DNA of 63,032 nucleotides, filler included. It is 3 parts of 3 records of this genome, joined end to end, with 100 filler letters (N's around TTAATTAATTAA, not from the genome) between each part and the next. Parts side by side here need not be neighbours in the genome. Positions count along the whole stretch, not along the records: positions 55,534 to 63,032 come from DRR378314_691; 2 more parts are not named here. One strand, 5' to 3'. The translations under genes and the position numbers were made by a program. Each line of letters opens with the position of its first letter. Position 1 is the first letter of the stretch. Shown piece after piece: positions 57,963 to 63,032 of this stretch. Under the pieces are notes generated by a model, which ran no database searches, was not told where the DNA came from, and saw only the letters and a list, made by a program, of their open reading frames with translations.

Positions 57963-60699
57963 TCACGGTTCAGTTACATTCTCATGCACTCGTAAATGGG
58001 GAATTTGCGAAAAGGGCCTCGTGGCAGCCGTGGGTGTCGGCCCAAAGGCGTACAACGCATCCTTTACTAGGACATGCTTCGCCCTCCACGTGCCAGATAT
58101 TAACACGCGCCACGTGGATTCCTGCCAGTCTGTCTCGGTCAATGAATGATGTCCAGCTAGATCTTACGCTTCTACACACAGTCCAAAGGGAAGCCTCGTA
58201 CAGAAAAAAAAAGATGGCCACAGAATATAGAGAAACGAATGGCCCAAGGCCCAAGGCCCAAGTGGTACTCCACACCGAGAGCGTGTGCATTCGACGAGAC
58301 AAACGTCCTACTGCGGAGCACCGTACCCTGGGACGCCAGGATAGGCCGCCGGTGCAGTTGGCGCTGCGGTTCCATACTGCTGCATTCAAACAGGCAATCG
58401 AGTCATCCAAATGGGAGGAGGGAGGGAGCTCAGCGCAGGTTGCCGGAAACTGTGGTAGATAGCGATCTCCAGTGGCTCCGGTAGGTGAACGAGGATGCAC
58501 CCCATACCTGCTGAGCGAAAAACGGCTGCGTTTCCGCCGTCGGGGCGCCGGGCTTGATGCTACTGCAGTGTAAAATAATCAGGACCTAATCAAGATAAAC
58601 CGCAAAAGCGGGACAAGGAGTGGAACATGTGAGCATCCTGCGTGTCACCGAAGCTTGTAAAGTCAAGAGCCAGAGGCATGGAGTTCGAAGCACTGTACGC
58701 GACACATCAACGAGCGTAGCACTAGGCCACACCGGTTCTGTTCGCGGTGCTGAGGACAATGAGAAGGGCAGAACCGATTTTGGTATTGTTGACGTAAATC
58801 GATTCGCCTCAGCATGCACAACGCCACCTACACCTTGGCACACGCAGTTTAGCATACTATACGCACCAGCGCGATCATTTGGAGAACATTTCCGCCGAGG
58901 TACACCGCGCCATACTGGCTCCATACGGGCGCATCCTGCTGACTGCAGTTCGAGACCAATCAGAAAGATCACAGTGGCACACTTTGCATACGCCGTCAGA
59001 GTATGTTGTTTGCAAGTTTTATAGTAGAGTGTCCGCACGCTAACCGATTAACGCCTTTGGTACGCACGCCATATATCGGAAGCAGTGGCCATGGTAATGC
59101 AAACGCTCCCCCCCCACGGACCTCTGCCCGTGTAGCATTGCCTGCAAATTAACCAGAAAAAAAGAAATATGCTCACAAAAACAAAACACGAATTTGGCAT
59201 GCGGCAAAAAGCATGGAGGAAGACCGGGCGCGGGGCAACGCAGCGGCGAAAACATGCCAACGCACTCGTACGCGTTGTCAAACATCAGCTTGTAAAACAG
59301 GCCACTCAGGACGAGAAGCGAGAAGTTTGCTGCGCACATCGAACGCAGCTGGAGGAGCATTTCCAAGACGGAACCACGAGAAAAAAGCAGCGATAAGCGC
59401 ATGGAATGTATGAGAAACGTCAGGAAAGCAACCACACCGTAAACGGACACAGGTTAAGTATGCAATGCGAGCAGGCGGCGCGCGATGCGACTCTCTTCTA
59501 CTCTGCAACAGGCGTGCAGCCGTGCGTTACGCTCAGGTACCACCGCGGGGCCCTGAACAGGCATGCCATAAAAATAGAAAACGAAATTCGGTTTGTCCAA
59601 GATTTACTACAGGAGTACAGATGCCGAACGAATCGGGCGGCCCAACGTACGAATGAAGCGCGGGTATTTGTCGGCACGATGAAGTTGTACAGCGCAATCA
59701 CTGTGAGAAGCGACGAAAGCGCAACAGGGAACCTGGTAACAACAGCACGTCGAAAGCACGCCAGTTTTCTCTCAGTACCACGAGCAGCAGGACAACAATC
59801 GACCAAGTTGTTCTATGATCAATATCAATTCATCGTACACTACAGTATCTTCCGCTCTAATCAATAGGCACGCGATAGCCAGCGTTGCATGGCGCGCGAA
59901 GTTGCAAGTTCGCGAGAACGCGTGGGCGCGCTTGGGAACCCACGACCAGAGCAGGTGTGTACTTACCACAAGATGCTTCCCCATGTTTCGCAGGTGCTCT
60001 GCAGATAATTTCAGGTTACGCCCACAAGTTCCCATCAAATCAATGTAGACATCTTGACACGAGGAGGAATCAAGCACCCGAGGACCCGCCACGCTGCCGC
60101 CCGCCTTTGTCAGCATCTGGTGGCACGAGCGGCGAGTGTATTACACCGTCCGCTGTGCTCCCGCCATTCCAGCGCGTAGTTCGCCGCAACGAGCGCTACA
60201 GAGACAGCGTTCTGCAAAAGCGGGCAAACGTTCACCGCACGCTATTTGCATCCACGGTCTTCTGCGTCTCTACCATATCATGATACCTTGGTGTACAGTG
60301 CACACCACCTCGTACCGGGTCAACGAAAACGTAGTGGAGTGGATCTCAAGAGCTGCAATATACCAGTCCGCAGAGTCGGCTGAGGCTCACAGGGAAGGGG
60401 CCTGGGAGGCCAAGGTGTTGGCGCGGCGTACCGGAGTTGTGGAGCAGTCATTCGACACCGCATGCGAAAACCCTTCTTGTCCGCCCTGGGGTTCACATAG
60501 ATACATGTGAGTCGACGAAAAAAACCATAGGTAAGAGTCAGGGCCGTTCGATACGGGGCTACGACGGAGCGCCAGCGTGGGAGTAAACAGCAGTGGTGTT
60601 GCTGGAGGCGCAAAAGCAGCCACGTACCACAGCGGACGTGATTACTCCAGCAAGTTCCAGGAGCAATACGATTGCGCCCACGAAGCTCGCGCAAGGCAT
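57963..60699 (-). CDS. Hypothetical eukaryotic secreted/multi-pass membrane protein, many small exons
   Basis: Signal-like MPCASFVGAIVLLLELAGVITSAV|; hydrophobic exons FPVALSSLLTVIALYNFI and NFSLLVLSGLFYKLMF; Cys-containing exon FPATCAELP..CLNAAVWNRSANC. Boundaries tentative. Confidence 0.35.
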
Positions 60700-63032
60700 T
60701 GTAACCTGAATTGATTCGCGGCCCATTATTCTGAGTTATCGATTGGTGAGGGAAAACGTCGGAATTGTCGTTTGCGGTTGCTGCGAGATGAAAGAGACGG
60801 TGGGAGACCGACCTTCAGTGCGCGGTGAGTGCTGTGAGGCAACAGAAGAGTTCATTGCAACGCAGCGCAGCGGCGTCAGAGCGTCGAGCGCTGGATCGGC
60901 GGCGTGTATCTTCGCTTGCGCTCCTCTCTGGTGATTTTGGCAGCACCTGGCCGCAGCGTCGGATCCAACTTTGGCTTGCGCACCCGCACGCCTTGCTGAC
61001 GCTAGTACTGACCAGGGCAGCCTCACGGGGAGACTCTAGCTCTTGCGCATCCCTTTTCTTTCCTACAAGATAGATCGTATCATAAAACAAAGTAAGCATG
61101 GCAATGCGCAGCGCACGTTGCTGGAGAACTGGCCCTGTTTCGTGCCTATGCAGAGCCGGCACCGTCCTGTGCAGTCCTGGTGCTCGAAGGCGGCCCTTGA
61201 CCCGCTGCACTACGCGATTCATTGCGCTGTCTCTCAACAGCCCTAGTTGTAACCGTGACTGCTGGAGCGACGCTTTCATGGATGCGTAGCTGGGAGAAAT
61301 TTATACCCAATCGTTGGTCGCGCAGATAGATCGTGCGGCCTGCGTTTTCGCCACTGGGCGCCGCAGCTGACTGCTCAAGGCGCAACACAGAATACTGCCT
61401 GCACACTCCGCAAGAGTACGAAAGAGATTGTGGGCGGCGGCGAGCGGGCCTATTTTCTATACCCGTCCTTCTTTTAGGGGCCCTCAACTACTACAGACAT
61501 TTCATTTTTGGTATGTTTTCTTTGATTGTGTGGTTGTCTGCGCGTTTCTCTGTGTTTGTACTTGTGTGCAGTCGCTTTTCGAAGCGCTCGCCGTGTTGCC
61601 TCGTTCTGTGTGCTGATAGCCTCTGCGATGCCCATGCGCCCCTGGCAGGGCGTTGCTTGGGCCTTGTCGCAGAAGCATGTTGGTTGCGCGGGCGCACTTG
61701 CGCATCTGTCGCGCTAGGGAAGCTTATTTTTTTTTCCTTCGCATTAACATGCGCAGCGATATGCTGTCAAATGAGAGAGGGGGTAGCACGATTGGTGCAC
61801 TCTTTACGTGAGGCCGTGCTGCACTGCCAGCAAGGCGCAGAGCACCTGCTGGGCAGGTTGCCGACGCGCACTGCGTGGTTTCTTCTCGCAGCACCGCGTT
61901 CTGCCTGCATTGGGGCGTTCAAGTGATCTCTGCGCTCCACAAATGCGCCTGCAACATCAAATTGATGCACACAGTTGGATTGTTTTGGCCGTACATGCCG
62001 AAGCGGCGGGCAACCGAGTGCCACGGACAACCGATTTTGACGTGTGCTCCCTTTCGCGCTCCCGCCTCATACGCTTTCCTTCTCGTTGGCTCCCTTGATA
62101 GCGGGTTTTCAAACGGCGTGTTGTAGACTGGAAATGATAGGCTTTATACGCGTCTTCGCTGGGGTACAGCTTGCACGAAGCTAGCAGCTTCTTTTCTGCT
62201 CCACAGCTGAGCCCTGTTCCGAGTTTCACACGAAGGTGCTCGTTTTGGAGGGGCTTGGGTTGTTAAAGTTAATTCGCCTTTTGCGTATAGTTTAGATCAA
62301 CCATTTTTGTATTAGATACGCGCTGAGGAGTTCGATACAGCGGGAGGGGATATTGTACTTTTCACGGGACCATCGTTTTCCGTTGGGTTTCACCGAGCTG
62401 AGCGTCGTGCTGCGCGTTTGAACTGCCGCTGCGATCCCGCTGAACGCTGCTCTGGCACGCCTTGTTCGATTGTGCCGGAAAAGACGTCGTGCTCGTTTAC
62501 GCGCCGTAGCTTGTGGCTTAGCCGACCTTACGTTTTGAATTTTACTGGCTCTTTGGGCTGCAGCCTTGTACCGAAGCGGAGCGCTGCGCGAAGGGCAAAC
62601 TCTGCTTGCGCACACGTTTTGCGTGCGTGGGCGTGCTTGCACGAGGTTTGGTTCGGCAGGCTGCTCGGGCGAGTAGCGTTGCCCTCGTGCGGTGCAGGTT
62701 GCAGGCGGCATTTGCATCATCCCTGTAGTCTCCAAAGTAGCGTTTAAGTCGAGCCGCTCTTGGAATAGGCTGCTGTGAAATCATTCGATTCAATTTTCAG
62801 GGAGTCATCATACCTGGGCGCGTCGGAGCGGCGCGAAGTAGGGGATGTTCTTGTTATGCTCTTTCTATGGTGTGCGCGTTCACGCCGCTGCCGCCGGGAG
62901 TCTCTCGGCGCCGCTGGGCTGCAGATAAGCACGCCGCTTGTGCGCGCACGCTGCCCGATAGCCGCCCCTCGGTGCTATGCCAGCAGCAGGCTTCCTCCTG
63001 CGGGGAACTCGCGGCTCTTGGCAGCGCATGCA

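Noticed and set aside
59400-59510. In-frame TAA (..LALHT*PVSVYG..) suggesting a reassigned stop codon; similar TGA at 57266
   Set aside because: Both are explicable by introns or alternative frames. There is no conserved protein to anchor the frame, and contig 1 uses all three stops normally.

Overview
The window is not one locus. It is three unrelated contigs joined by identical artificial 100-nt spacers (N44-TTAATTAATTAA-N44) at 28767-28866 and 55434-55533. (1) 1-28766 is a compact, CpG-rich microbial eukaryote contig with about 10 intron-containing genes, all with GT-AG introns where I could reconstruct them: aldehyde oxidase/XDH family, an orphan with a DCX-like motif, MFSD13A/TMEM180-like, RNF126/115-like RING-H2, METTL23-like, PRMT5, WD40-like, ISY1, HYPK and a partial TBC RabGAP. 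(2) 28867-55433 is a high-GC gammaproteobacterial contig (Alcanivoracaceae/Oceanospirillales-like, by inference): trpE, a PNPOx-like gene, cyoABCD-SURF1-regB-regA with a divergent MFS, an alpha/beta hydrolase, OYE/HxlR, NlpC/P60, a DUF4396-like gene, rpe, murU-amgK, lptD-surA-pdxA-rsmA-apaG-apaH and yeaG-yeaH. (3) 55534-63032 is a eukaryote-like contig whose genes I cannot identify. The most notable unannotated signals are in the bacterial contig. These are a leaderless Trp-Arg-Trp leader peptide with its own sigma70 promoter ahead of trpE; three AT-rich AGTTAAY heptamer arrays, each on the sense strand just after a stop codon and with shared flanks; a 15-bp repeat at the regB/regA junction that creates stacked in-frame ATGs; and several candidate operator and promoter sites. 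I found no mobile element, CRISPR array or RNA gene.
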